A DNA stretch of 63,701 nt, filler included, from Octopus bimaculoides (GCF_001194135.2; 7 parts of 7 records of this genome joined end to end with filler, not necessarily neighbours in it); one strand, 5' to 3'. Numbered from the whole stretch's first letter, positions 24,350 through 37,130 are shown. A program made the numbers and translations. The notes: generated by a model from the sequence alone, not told the origin.

Positions 24350-24829
24350 NNNNNNNNNNNNNNNNNNNNNNNNNNNNNNNNNNNNNNNNNNNNNNNNNNN
24401 NNNNNNNNNNNNNNNNNNNNNNNNNNNNNNNNNNNNNNNNNNNNNNNNNNNNNNNNNNNNNNNNNNNNNNNNNNNNNNNNNNNNNNNNNNNNNNNNNNNN
24501 NNNNNNNNNNNNNNNNNNNNNNNNNNNNNNNNNNNNNNNNNNNNNNNNNNNNNNNNNNNNNNNNNNNNNNNNNNNNNNNNNNNNNNNNNNNNNNNNNNNN
24601 NNNNNNNNNNNNNNNNNNNNNNNNNNNNNNNNNNNNNNNNNNNNNNNNNNNNNNNNNNNNNNNNNNNNNNNNNNNNNNNNNNNNNNNNNNNNNNNNNNNN
24701 NNNNNNNNNNNNNNNNNNNNNNNNNNNNNNNNNNNNNNNNNNNNNNNNNNNNNNNNNNNNNNNNNNNNNNNNNNNNNNNNNNNNNNNNNNNNNNNNNNNN
24801 NNNNNNGTGTGTGTGTGTATATATAATTT

Positions 24830-24905
24830 TTCTCGTCTGGCCGTAAAGCCTTTTCTGTTTGTTTTCCTGTCTTGTTTTTTGTCCGCCACTACATTCCTCC
24901 ATGAC
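24830..24905. repeat. Interspersed repeat fragment (reverse complement of 50657-50740)
   Basis: CCTGTCTTGTTTTTTGTCCGCCACTAC versus GTAGTGGCGGACAGAAAACAAGACAGG. Confidence 0.7.
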
Positions 24906-24929
24906 AAGATTTAATTTGTGTATACAAAT

Positions 24930-25090
24930 TTAATAGGCGGTCCATGGGAAGAGCCGTTTTAACGATGCGTCCTGCCCAGCTCTTCGAAACGCCGGTATTA
25001 AAACGGGGGCAGCTGATGAAGTAGAATGTTCTCTATGTGGCTTGTGTGTTTTCTCGTCTACGTTTTGTTTGCAATGTCCTGTACCCAGAT
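24930..25090 (+). mobile_element. Penelope-end-like non-coding repeat (second copy at 34305-34425)
   Basis: CTCTTCGAAACGCC.GT.TTA.AA.GG.GGCAGCTGATGAAG..AATGTTCT.T.TGTGGC.TGTGTGTTTTCT shared. Confidence 0.65.
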
Positions 25091-25268
25091 ATGCACCTAT
25101 ATATACAGGTGGATGTCGGTACGCACATACCTGTACGTATATATGCATATACTCATTTACTATTTGTTTTTATATATAAATATATATTGTATTCGATTAT
25201 TTTTAGACGTTATACACACACATATACATGCGTACATATATCATGTTAAAAAAAATAATCGAATGCGA

Positions 25269-25308
<40 letters not shown>

Positions 25309-25403
25309 CTCTGAGAGTTCATTTTAAACATCGTTTATTCTTCAGTTATAGCATGACTTGTTTCTGCAGCTTGTAGTTCTCGTTATTCTTATAAATAAAT
25401 TCG

Positions 25404-25405
25404 AC

Positions 25406-25482
<77 letters not shown>

Positions 25483-25499
25483 GATCGATCTATCTATCG

Positions 25500-25587
<88 letters not shown>

Positions 25588-25626
25588 TTCTGTCTGTCTG
25601 TTTATCTGTTTCTCTGTTTGTTTGTG

Positions 25627-25677
<51 letters not shown>

Positions 25678-25698
25678 TTGTCTGTCTGTCTCTATCTA

Positions 25699-25737
<39 letters not shown>

Positions 25738-25740
25738 GTA
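25404..25740. repeat. Long (TATC)n/(TGTC)n microsatellite
   Basis: Directly visible. Confidence 0.95.
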
Positions 25741-26317
25741 TTCATACACACACACACACACACATACACACGCACACACTGTTTAAGCATATGTATATAA
25801 ATGTAGGTATGTGTGTTTGTATATATGTGCATTTTTGTCTGTGTGTATGTGAATGTGTATGTGTGTGTGTGTGCGTGTCTGCCTGTGTGTTGCGATATGT
25901 TTGCTTTCTCACCTTAATTACTTCATTTGTGTTGGAAGTAAATAGCTCTCTATATTTTTTTCAAACCAAATTTGTAAGGAAATTGGTGAAGGAAACTTTT
26001 TCCTTTTTTGTTTTTGCCATTTTATTTCCGGACAAAAGAAATAAATTGTATGACGCACGTGTTAGAATTAGAACGGTGTTTGGCAGCGAAACCCGGTATA
26101 AAAATAAAAAGAGACAGCGAGAGGACAGGAAAGAGTGGCGTATGAGATGTTTGATGCGTAGTGTAAACAGGAAAGACTTGGTGAATACACAGAACTCGTA
26201 TGACAGAGGTTACTCACTGGTTGACCCCGGGTTATAGAAGAAGACAAAGTGCAATGGTGAAGTTATATGGTTGCAAAGCAAACGTCCTAACCACACAGCC
26301 GTGTCCATAAATAATAC

Positions 26318-26510
26318 TTTCTGCTATTGGCACAAGGCCTGGAATTTGGGGTGGAGTGAGCTGGGGAAGAGGGGGAGCTAGTCGATTACATCGACCCCAG
26401 TGTTTAATTGGTACTTATTTCATCGACCCCGAAAGGATGAAAGGCAAAGTCGACCTCGGCGGAATTTGAACTCAGAATGTAAAGACGGACGAAATACCCC
26501 TAAGCATTTT
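26318..26510 (-). mobile_element. SINE family A, tail type 2
   Basis: GGCACAAGGCC..GTCGATTACATCGACCCCAGTG..GTCGACCTCGGCGGAATTTGAACTCAGAA..TAAGCATTT. Confidence 0.9.
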
Positions 26511-26822
26511 GTTTTGGTATAAAAGATGGGCTACAGCAAATATTCTGCTCAATACCACAGATTTGCTTGTCAGTTGTTTGACCATAACCAGTTGAGCATG
26601 TGCATCAGTGGCTGACGATATGTGCATTTCTGAACACGAGCAGAATTATTGGGGGAGCATCATAGTCATGTGTTGAGTGGAATTTTTTTTTGAGTTTGAA
26701 TAATTCACTTCTGGAAAGTTCGGTATTTCATTCGACATCCTTAAACAACCCTTATTCAGGGATCATTCGTAAGGGCTGAGCTACTCGACCTGAAGAAAAT
26801 TCTAACTGGACCCCACCTGTTG
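26511..26822. repeat. Probable interspersed repeat of unknown class
   Basis: Starts exactly where the SINE is truncated; I recall this sequence (antisense reading MVKQLTSKSVVLSRIFAVAHLLY) as an abundant octopus repeat. No second copy in the window to confirm. Confidence 0.45.
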
Positions 26823-27342
26823 TTATTTGTTCGTTCGAAGCCATAACTCTCCGCAAATTTTATATTTTTAAAATTTCTGGAGGCTGCTGTCTTATGAAGT
26901 TTTCCTGTCTTCACGTTGAAATCACGAAATAGGAAGTAACAAACAATCGACAACTGCGGAGAAGTTAGACTTCTTTTGGTATTTTGTCCCGTACTTGTCT
27001 CTCGTTATGTGTTTACGAATTTTTCACTCGTTGGTGATGTCCTGTACTTATTGTATATTTTTGGTATTTTGTTCTCTACTTATCTCTCGTGTGTCCTGTA
27101 CTTAATGTGTGTATATATATATATAATTTAGAGAAAAAAACCACAATTATTGAATTCATCCATGAAAATCCACCGTCGCATAGAAAAATTTAATAAGTAA
27201 ATACGCTAAAAAGACCTATAATAAAAATACAATGTAATAAATATTAAAATAATAAAACAATAAAAATTAAAATAATAAAATAATAAATTATATATTTATA
27301 TATTATATACTGTGAAATTTAATATAATTTTAATTTTGATAA

Positions 27343-27442
27343 NNNNNNNNNNNNNNNNNNNNNNNNNNNNNNNNNNNNNNNNNNNNTTAATTAATTAANN
27401 NNNNNNNNNNNNNNNNNNNNNNNNNNNNNNNNNNNNNNNNNN
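27343..27442. other. Artificial 100-nt scaffold spacer (N44-TTAATTAATTAA-N44)
   Basis: TTAATTAATTAA at 27387-27398 between exactly 44 N on each side; stops in all six frames. Confidence 0.97.
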
Positions 27443-27498
27443 TATATACATATATATATATAAAATTTGCATTAAAAGCATATAAATTCCATCTGACG

Positions 27499-27540
<42 letters not shown>

Positions 27541-27551
27541 GTTGTTGCTGT

Positions 27552-27584
<33 letters not shown>

Positions 27585-28394
27585 TAAAATAGAAGTGGTG
27601 ATCTCAGTTATAAACTGTTTGATTGTAAGTTTGTGGGATCAAGTGTGAAGTGAAATTAAACATTAACTACAAAAGAGACAGCAACATCACAATCACGGAT
27701 ATAATCTTGTTATTGTTATCATTTAGCCGTAGTCTAGAGTAAATGGTAGATGCATGATCACAAGAACGTCTACTTTGGCTGTCTAGTCTGAGATTGGAAA
27801 TAGGAATGAATTAGCTATATGTATTTCCTAATTTTGAGACGTCACTTTCTAAAATGATGATTACTTGGCTTTAAGACGTCACAGGGCCTAACTGACCATT
27901 TGTAGCTTTCCACGGTGTTTAAGTTTGTAGTCTATTAGAGCAGTTACATTGAATTTCGTGAAATATCTTAAGAGAAATTGAAGCAATCATCACCGAATTC
28001 TAAGGCCAGCATACACGCAGAAAGAAAACAAAACAATTACTTGTCAGCAATACCACATAAAACCATAATAGCATATCACTGGTACTGATTTTATTGATAT
28101 TTGGTTGACGGATCAAATGCGAATCGAAAACATAAGCTAGCTATACATTTATATTAATGAGGCTTACGACCTTACTTAATAAAAGTGTTGTTTTGTTCAT
28201 CTCTTTGACATAGCCGCCCTTATTATTACTCTTGTTTTTGATATTATTGCTTTTTATATTTTAGGCTTAAGTTTCTCCTTTGATCAATTTGGAATCGAAA
28301 ACATGTAGTGCCAGCCAATCACTTTGACCGCTTGCTGGCCTAAATAAGAAATCACAATCATCATTATTATTACTGTTAATATTAATATCATCAT

Positions 28395-28490
28395 TAGCGT
28401 TGTTATTATTGTTGTTGTTGTTGCTGCTACTGTTACTGCTGTTGCTGCTGCTACTGTTGTTGCTGCTGCTGCTGCTGCTGTAGTTGTTAT
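28395..28490. repeat. (TGT/TGC)n trinucleotide tract
   Basis: Directly visible. Confidence 0.9.
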
Positions 28491-28740
28491 TTATCGCCAA
28501 TGATAAATGTGTTTTGGAATCTATGTAAATTTGTTCCTTGTTTTCCTTGATAGAAGTCTGTATTTGTGAATTTTATTGATCAACATTATTTATTAATTGT
28601 TCAGAACAAAATGAGATAGGACAATCGTTTTCGTCCCGTTCTACGGGGCAAAATTTTAAAAGTAATAAATGCTTCTGGAAACAAAGAAAAGTTTCAGTCT
28701 GACTGAATGGTGGACAAAGTAGGTAGTGAAGTTTGAAGGT

Positions 28741-28800
28741 AAAACTATAGATTAAATAGTAATCGAAAACAAAACTACAGATTAAATAGTAATCAAAAAC
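28741..28800. repeat. 30-bp tandem duplication
   Basis: AAAACTATAGATTAAATAGTAATCGAAAAC followed by AAAACTACAGATTAAATAGTAATCAAAAAC (2 mismatches). Confidence 0.9.
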
Positions 28801-30959
28801 AGTAGCAGCAATATAAGTCTCAACATAAGCAGTATTAACTATAAAGCCAACAAAAGCAATCAGAACAAAGACAGTAGAAGAAGCAAGGAAAATGTCATGT
28901 CAAGCAAAGAAAGTTGCAAATCAGCAGGAGCAGCACCATTAATCCGGGCATTGCCACCATCACTATCAACAACATCACAACCTCTACAAGAAGCAATAAT
29001 AGTAGCGACAACATCTGCAGCAGCAGTTAACACCTCGCCTTCTTCCAAATAATATGCATTTCTTTTGCCAAAATCACAAATAGATTCGATTTCATTCTAC
29101 TATGCAATAACTACGAACACTTTTAAAAGGTAGAGATACGCATCACCTGTAAAATGTTATGCTTCATATACACCAGTACCTTTTAGACGAAACAGAAAGG
29201 ATAATGAGAAACCAAATAATACCTGCTTATCGATGAAAAGAAGCAAATTAAAGTGTATACACTCAGACCAAGCTGCACTCTGTTTAAGGAACATATGGCA
29301 AGACACCAGTTTCTTGGGGGACTTGCTCTGATAAATCTAAGTTATATTCCACTCAGCAGCTCTAATCCATTATTCACTTTGAAAAAATGATAAACAATAA
29401 TTGTCTATAACTCTTTCATGAAAGAAATTATTATTTTATCATTTATATCATATATCTAACTGTCATGACATATTCATGAAACAAAAGCTTTTACGTAACC
29501 TTCTTGCATGACTGCCACGAGAACGTAATACATGAAGCTTCGCCAATCAATTTGTACGTTAACGGATTGCATTCTGAACCTCATTCCTACCAACTATATT
29601 TTATAACGATGGCCACTAGTTTGGATTATTAAGAATTAATATATATATTTTGTAAGAAAACTAACTAATCTCCTATCAACTACAAAAGTAGATAAATATA
29701 GTACTGCAGATACATTGTCACAGCTGGAATTATTCTCACCAAAGAAAGTGAATTATAGCTGACCTAAAACTATATCACTAAAACAACACATCAGTTTTTC
29801 CTTTTAATTCATTTACATAATTAATTTACTTGGGCGTCTCATAATTGTATGAGTCATGAACTTTCCTTAAATCATTGGTTAGTTATCAAATATAGGCAAA
29901 AAATACGTAAATAACCGAAGAACATATGAAAAATAAAAATCTCCACAATTAAAAACAGATAATAGAAAAGACATAAACATCTAAATTAATATTATTTCCC
30001 ATTGATCTACATGAGATCATTAGTAGGAAAGATGACGCTGGAAAGCATTAATAAACATTTTTGTTACCTGACTGATGACCGGGTGGCTGTGATAAAAATA
30101 TAAACCTCAATTTGGTTCCAAGTACATTATGATATTGTTTTTTACTTATATTTATGGGATTATGCGAGTTATATTCATGTAGTAACTTGGAAATATCAAT
30201 GAAAAGGTTTTAATTATATGCCAAACTGTTTTTTTTATTTTCTAACAATGTTTTACGTTTAGCCTTTACATCCGAGCGATGTATTAGTTTCCAAATCTGC
30301 AGATATATCAATATGTTCACCTTATATAAGCGATTCCTTGATGCACAGAGATAACATGGCTGTCAGTTGCTGAAATTTGTTGGAACGTACTTAGACGTCA
30401 CGCCATAATATTTTAAACTGTTAAAATGACACGACTTCGGAAAGTATTCCACCCTTTTCTCTTCCAAGTACTTACATTGAACGAAAAAAAGGAATACGTA
30501 CACAAGTCTACTGCAGCTCGTATTCCTAAACTATATCAGACTGAAGCAAAAATAAAAAAAGATTAATTTCGGATTATTTCGTCAGTTCATCAAAATTTCA
30601 ATAAGAGCCTACCACATAAAACAAACGGTTCTTAAGCTTAATCAACTCATCACAGAGCAAAATAGTGGCTCTATATACTGTTAAATAAAACTATAGTGTT
30701 GACTCATATGCAGAAAGCATGTGCTTGACAGTTAGATGTAGGAAGGTACTGAATGATTGTCATTTAAACCTCTCTGCAAATACAAGTGGTTTAACATTTA
30801 ATCATTCATGTCACATAAATTTGATATGTTGAGAATATGATACACAAGTTTATATCATGCTGAAATTCAATAACTGCATTCAATTCCCATTCCGGTGACG
30901 TGCTTGTATTTGCATTTATAGCGTGTAGTCCGTGCCTCTGTGTCTATTCTGCATATCGG

Positions 30960-32153
30960 GATCTCTAATTTATCGCTCGTTCGCGAATGAATTTTACAAT
31001 CAGGTCTCGAAGGGACCATGGGAACCAGAATGGGCTCCAACTACGCCAGCCTGTTGGTTGGCAATGTTAAGGTCCAAACATTTTCTCAGTTCACCAATAC
31101 TACTCCTGAGCTATATGGCCGTTACACTGCGGACTGTATTTGCACGACATTTCACTCCCGCGGACATCTTGATTCATTCCTCCCTTTCGTCCAGTCCTTC
31201 CATCCTGCCCTCGAATTCTCTTGTTCCGCCTCCGACACGTCTATCAGCCTTCTTAACGTTTCTGTCACCCTCCACTACTCATCTCTTACCATCTTCATCC
31301 ACTATAAACCCACAGACTCACACTCCTATCCCCACTTTTTCACCTCCTATTCTACCCTCACCAGACTGTCCACCCGTTACTCTCTGTTCCTCCGTTTCCA
31401 CCAGCTTTATAGTGATGATCATGACTTCGAGACAATTCTAACTCATGGGCACGCCACTTCACCCAACGAGTTACCCCCTTCGTTATCCAAAGCGCCATCA
31501 CTCGTGCCTGATCTGTTGACAATGCACTTGTTTTCTCTTTCCCTGCACCCATCCCACCCTTATCCGCCTCCCTTCCTCCCTCACCTACTATCACTCCACC
31601 CTACCATCAAACACAACATTCTTCGGGCTTTCCGCCGACTCCAGTCTGACCCCAATCTTCCCCTCCTTCCAATATGCACGTAGCCTACTTGACCTTTTAG
31701 TCTATAGCTTTCCCCCCCACTCCTGGTACTCGTTATGGATTCTTTGCTTGCTCACGCCCACGCTATCCCACTTCTCCTTACTTCTCCAACACCACTATCC
31801 TCACCGGTGCCCATCACCGCACCTGCCACATCACAGATTCATTCGCCTGCTCCTCCAGCAGTGTAATTGATTGTATCTCCTGCTCTCTCTGTCATTCCCT
31901 ATACGTTGGTCAAAAGGGCCGGTGATTAGCCGACTGATCTTCCGAACATCTCCGAGGCATCAGACTCAACAATGACACCTCGGTCTCGTGCCACTTCAAC
32001 TCGACCGGTCATCCACCACAACAACTGTTTGTGTTCGGACTGGTCTTACACAGAGGGTACCGAGTCTCCCACCTTGGTCGTGAGCAGAAATTTGTTTTCT
32101 CTCTTCATTCCTCAGTTCACGGTGGTCTCAATTTGTCACCTCTCTTCATCTAA
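30960..32153 (+). mobile_element. 5'-truncated, decayed Penelope-like retroelement (RT C-terminal half plus GIY-YIG endonuclease)
   Basis: FYNQVSKG / MGTRMGSNYASL..YGRYTADC (YxDD-equivalent) ..SFHPALEF..SISLLNV..YKPTDSHSY matches PLE RT motifs; FACSSSSVIDCISCSLCHSLYVGQKGR*L..EHLRGI..VSCHFN matches GIY-YIG; C-terminal EQKFVFSL..GGLN, then TAA at 32151-32153. Several stops and frameshifts. Confidence 0.9.
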
Positions 32154-32432
32154 ACCCACCATATTTACAAACACCACACACCTGCCACCTGACACTGCCC
32201 CTCCTCTTCTACCTTTATATACCTTCGCTACACATTTAAACTCATTAGCCACACCACACATACCGTTATGCCTGTACATAATATACATACAACCACACAC
32301 ACTCACAAGCGCATGCATACACACATACACGCTCCAGAACCCAACACCTTTAGTCATTCCTATTCCACAACGCACCCCCATCCAGACCGACCTACATACA
32401 TACGCCACAACACACACATACAAACACCCATA

Positions 32433-32471
<39 letters not shown>

Positions 32472-33117
32472 NNNNNNNNNNNNNNNNNNNNNNNNNNNNN
32501 NNNNNNNNNNNNNNNNNNNNNNNNNNNNNNNNNNNNNNNNNNNNNNNNNNNNNNNNNNNNNNNNNNNNNNNNNNNNNNNNNNNNNNNNNNNNNNNNNNNN
32601 NNNNNNNNNNNNNNNNNNNNNNNNNNNNNNNNNNNNNNNNNNNNNNNNNNNCATACATACATACATACATACATACATACATACATACATACATTTGTAC
32701 AAAAAGAATGTTATACGCATATCAGCTCCGTATACACATACACTTTATCCAACAAGCGCATATATAGATATTAATTAATAACAGGCACACAGACACTCCC
32801 ACACACACATAAACACGCACAATACCGTATGTACACATACACTTGCTCACATAATCTTCATACACACATTCTTGCACACATGCACACACGGTTCGCCCCA
32901 TCAGAGATGTACACTCGCACATAAGCTCACATACACGTACACGCTTGCGCACGCAATTTAGCCAGGTTATTGTTACTTTCCTTTCCGCCCACCACTTCCT
33001 AACGCTCAAGTCAACATGTGAAGCCTTTAATACTGACACGGTCTCTCTCTCTCTCTCCCTCCCCCTCTCTCGCTCTATCTCTCTCTCTCCTGTTTTCTTT
33101 CTATCTTCATTCATTTC

Positions 33118-33217
33118 NNNNNNNNNNNNNNNNNNNNNNNNNNNNNNNNNNNNNNNNNNNNTTAATTAATTAANNNNNNNNNNNNNNNNNNNNNNNNNNN
33201 NNNNNNNNNNNNNNNNN
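33118..33217. other. Artificial 100-nt scaffold spacer
   Basis: TTAATTAATTAA at 33162-33173 between 44-N flanks. Confidence 0.97.
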
Positions 33218-33444
33218 TGTGTGTGTGTGTGTGTGCATGTGTATATGTATGTATGTATATATGTATGCATGTATGTAGTATGTATGTATGCATGCATGCA
33301 TGTATGTATGTATGTATGTATGTATGTATGTATGTATGTATGTGTTGAAAGATAGAATGATAGATAGAGAAAATATAGATAATATACATACATGTGTACA
33401 TATATTCATAGGCACATAGATACGCATAAGTCCTAAGTTGTGTG

Positions 33445-33490
<46 letters not shown>

Positions 33491-34304
33491 CATTTATACA
33501 CGAATATATATGTGTATATGCGTGTGTATATAATACACAAACACACACACACACGCAATTATCATTATAGATACAGATACGAACGTAAGATCGAGCGCAT
33601 TAAAGGTTCTTGGCTCAAAAAGTTTCGTGTCATGTTAACGCTCTCATCAGTTGGTGAACAGAGGGGAGATACAGAGGTCAGTGGTTTGGCGCGAACCCCC
33701 GACTTTTCGATAAATTTCCGCTCTGTGACGTAATCATCATATGCATTTGGGTGAGGCAGGGTAGATGGGACATTGGGGGGTCGGTAATGTGATTCTCGGC
33801 AGACACTTCCTGATTGAATTTATATACTCGTTCCAACATAAATTTCCGGATTATTCACACAAGGATTAATTTGCACGAATTTCTACACGNNNNNNNNNNA
33901 ATACTTTCTCCGGTAGTGTTGAAGCGCTATTATCCTGGCGTAGAGGAACTCTTTTGTTTGAGACACCAAGAAACTTCCTACAGCGTCTGTGTGTGTGTGT
34001 ATGTATGTATGTACGTATGTAAATATGAGTGTATATGTGCAGTGACAGATGCCAGGCTCTTGCGCTAGTTGCACGGGCAACACCCTTTCTAGCTGAGCCA
34101 AACCCAAAAGAGTTGGACCCAAGATGTTTCGGGCAACAGTTTCACAGCATCACTGATTCATATGCTTATAGTCTGCTACAACAAAGTTAGAATTCATAAA
34201 AATGTGTCCATTTGTTACGAATTGTGATTGTCACCTTATATAGTATTTTTTGCGAAATGTATGTGTGTATGTATATATATATATGTGTGTCTATATATAT
34301 ATAT

Positions 34305-34425
34305 AAAACTCTTCGAAACGCCAGTGTTATAATGGTGGCAGCTGATGAAGGAAATGTTCTGTTTGTGGCCTGTGTGTTTTCTGTACCTTGTTTATCATTT
34401 TGTCCATGTTTTTTTGCAACGTCAT
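34305..34425 (+). mobile_element. Penelope-end-like repeat, copy of 24930-25090
   Basis: AACTCTTCGAAACGCCAGTGTTATAATGGTGGCAGCTGATGAAGGAAATGTTC. Confidence 0.65.
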
Positions 34426-34595
34426 GTAGATGAAGGTATGTACATACATGTACATATATATGCATATACTCATATATTACATATATATATATATATATGT
34501 GTGTGTGTGCGTGTGTGTGTGTGTGTATATCTATGTACGTATGTATGTATGTATCTATCTGTACACACACATATATATGTATATAGGTATATATA

Positions 34596-34628
<33 letters not shown>

Positions 34629-35358
34629 NNNNNNNNNNNNNNATAGATGCACTTAAACATACGTATGCGCGTTTGTATGTGTGTGTGTGTATGTGTATGT
34701 ATGTGTGTGTGTGTGTGTTTCCACAGTTAAATAGAAAATAATGAACAGCAAAAACAGCAACACCAACAAAAAAAAAACGACAACAACAATAAATAAGGGA
34801 TACGCTGTACAAATCTTTAAGGTAGATCAAAGATTCCGGTAAGGGGTTCAGAAGGTGTTTGATGGCGATTTGTAATAAGGTAAAAAAGAAAGGATTTAGA
34901 ACAAACAAACACGTGAGGAGTGGCATGTGTTGTACGGTAAACATGGGTTTTTCTTAATCTGTAAACGAAATGGGTGGAGAGAAAGTGCTTTCGGATGAAA
35001 AGTGAAACACAGAGACAGTTATAAAGAAAATATAAATATCTTTGGCTTGGCTAACACCGAGGTAGAAGAGTACTATACTCTTTCTGTTGCTGGCCAATAT
35101 GGCGGTCTGATGTATGCCTATTCGATATTACACACACACATATATATAAATATTGATACACACACAAATAAATATAAATGTATGTATGTATGTATGTATG
35201 TATGTATGTATGTATGTATGTATATGTGCATTGTACATGTATGCGTACATATGTATTAATGCTTATACGCATACATTAATATATGTATAAATCAATCAGA
35301 TTCTACGCACGTTTCAATTTACATGCATAGATGTGCTTTTTCATACATATATATACAC

Positions 35359-35492
35359 GAGTGACTGTGTGGTAAGTAGCTCGCTTCCCAACCACATGGT
35401 TCTGGGTTCCGTCTCTCTGCGTGGCATCTTGGGCAAGTGTCTTCTACTATAGACTCGGGCCGACCAAAGCCTTGTGAGTGGATTTGGTAGAC
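35359..35492 (+). mobile_element. SINE family B, truncated by gap
   Basis: GAGTGACTGTGTGGTAAG..GCGTGGCATCTTGGGCAAGTGTCTTCTACTATAG..GGATTTGGTAGAC. Confidence 0.9.
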
Positions 35493-36324
35493 NNNNNNNN
35501 NNNNNNNNNNNNNNNNNNNNNNNNNNNNNNNNNNNNNNNNNNNNNNNNNNNNNNNNNNNNNNNNNNNNNNNNNNNNNNNNNNNNNNNNNNNNNNNNNNNN
35601 NNNNNNNNNNNNNNNNNNNNNNNNNNNNNNNNNNNNNNNNNNNNNNNNNNNNNNNNNNNNNNNNNNNNNNNNNNNNNNNNNNNNNNNNNNNNNNNNNNNN
35701 NNNNNNNNNNNNNNNNNNNNNNNNNNNNNNNNNNNNNNNNNNNNNNNNNNNNNNNNNNNNNNNNNNNNNNNNNNNNNNNNNNNNNNNNNNNNNNNNNNNN
35801 NNNNNNNNNNNNNNNNNNNNNNNNNNNNNNNNNNNNNNNNNNNNNNNNNNNNNNNNNNNNNNNNNNNNNNNNNNNNNNNNNNNNNNNNNNNNNNNNNNNN
35901 NNNNNNNNNNNNNNNNNNNNNNNNNNNNNNNNNNNNNNNNNNNNNNNNNNNNNNNNNNNNNNNNNNNNNNNNNNNNNNNNNNNNNNNNNNNNNNNNNNNN
36001 NNNNNNNNNNNNNNNNNNNNNNNNNNNNNNNNNNNNNNNNNNNNNNNNNNNNNNNNNNNNNNNNNNNNNNNNNNNNNNNNNNNNNNNNNNNNNNNNNNNN
36101 NNNNNNNNNNNNNNNNNNNNNNNNNNNNNNNNNNNNNNNNNNNNNNNNNNNNNNNNNNNNNNNNNNNNNNNNNNNNNNNNNNNNNNNNNNNNNNNNNNNN
36201 NNNNNNNNNNNNNNNNNNNNNNNNNNNNNNNNNNNNNNNNNNNNNNNNNNNNNNNNNNNNNNNNNNNNNNNNNNNNNNNNNNNNNNNNNNNNNNNNNNNN
36301 NNNNNNNNNNNNNNNNNNNNNTAA

Positions 36325-36414
36325 CCCTTAAGGGTTGATGCTACTGTAGCTTGTAGCCCCAGGAAGACATCTCCTCCAGGGCTCTACAAGCTACATAGCA
36401 GCAACCCTTAAGGG
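36325..36414. mobile_element. 90-bp foldback with CCC..GGG termini and TTAA-type flanks (piggyBac-like mini-element)
   Basis: CCCTTAAGGGTTGATGCTACTGTAGCTTGTAG at left pairs with CTACAAGCTACATAGCAGCAACCCTTAAGGG at right; TTAA follows at 36415-36418; left flank reads nTAA (cut by gap). Confidence 0.6.
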
Positions 36415-36506
36415 TTAACCTCATTTAGGTGACAAATATACTTCGCGATTTCATGAAGCTACTGTTTACATTTCGCTCAGAGATTTATTATTGCTGTATA
36501 TATAAT

Positions 36507-36553
<47 letters not shown>

Positions 36554-36789
36554 TCGTTTAGAAGTGAGCCGTATCACATTTTGTTCTTGCATGATCACTT
36601 TGAGGGTAGTTTTTTCAATACTTACAGTAAAATAAACGTTAATTATTACATTCTAATATCGTATGTTTTTCTCTTTCTCTGCAGACTACTTCATACCATC
36701 ATGATTGAATTCCTACCTTTTCCACATGGATATCACTGCATATTTCTCGTGACTTCTCTTTAGGAAGTAGAACTTAAATTCGTTTGACC

Positions 36790-36925
36790 TCTCCAATTAG
36801 CATATCTGTTTCACCGAGTCAATCTTCTTTGTGTAGTGACGCTGCATTGCCTCAAGTTCTGCCAACAGTTTCATGCTCTGCGGTGACCAGAGTTGGGAGC
36901 AGTAATCCACACGGCTGAGAATGAA
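36790..36925 (-). mobile_element. CR1/L2-like LINE RT C-terminal fragment
   Basis: FILSRVDYCSQLWSPQSMKLLAELEAMQRHYTKKI matches the CR1-type motif (LEYCSQVWSP..LE.VQRRFTKRI). Confidence 0.8.
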
Positions 36926-36944
36926 AATATATATATAAATATAT

Positions 36945-37130
36945 AAAAGAGAATAAAACAAAATGGGATAAGGACGAAAAACATCCACAGTTAGATGATA
37001 CAAAAATGGGACAACAAAACATCGAGACAGATGATACAAAAATGAGACAAGAAAAAACAAGAACGTGTCATTCGGAGTTTTCTTTCTTCAGTCAAGTTCC
37101 AGATTATCGCTGCAATTTCAGCTGGTTATA
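36945..37130 (-). mobile_element. Copy of the repeat at 24184-24349
   Basis: Reverse complement TATAACCAGCTGAAATTGCAGCGATAATCTGGAACTTGACTGAAGAAAGAAAACTCCGAATGACACG. Confidence 0.75.

Noticed and set aside
29100-29230. Minus-strand splice-like signals suggesting a 43-nt hydrophobic exon
   Set aside because: Requires a 33-nt intron, and the next segment stops after about 15 codons.
33622-33650. CTGATGA..GAAAC on the minus strand as a hammerhead
   Set aside because: No stem II pairing, no NUH closing stem III and no stem I.
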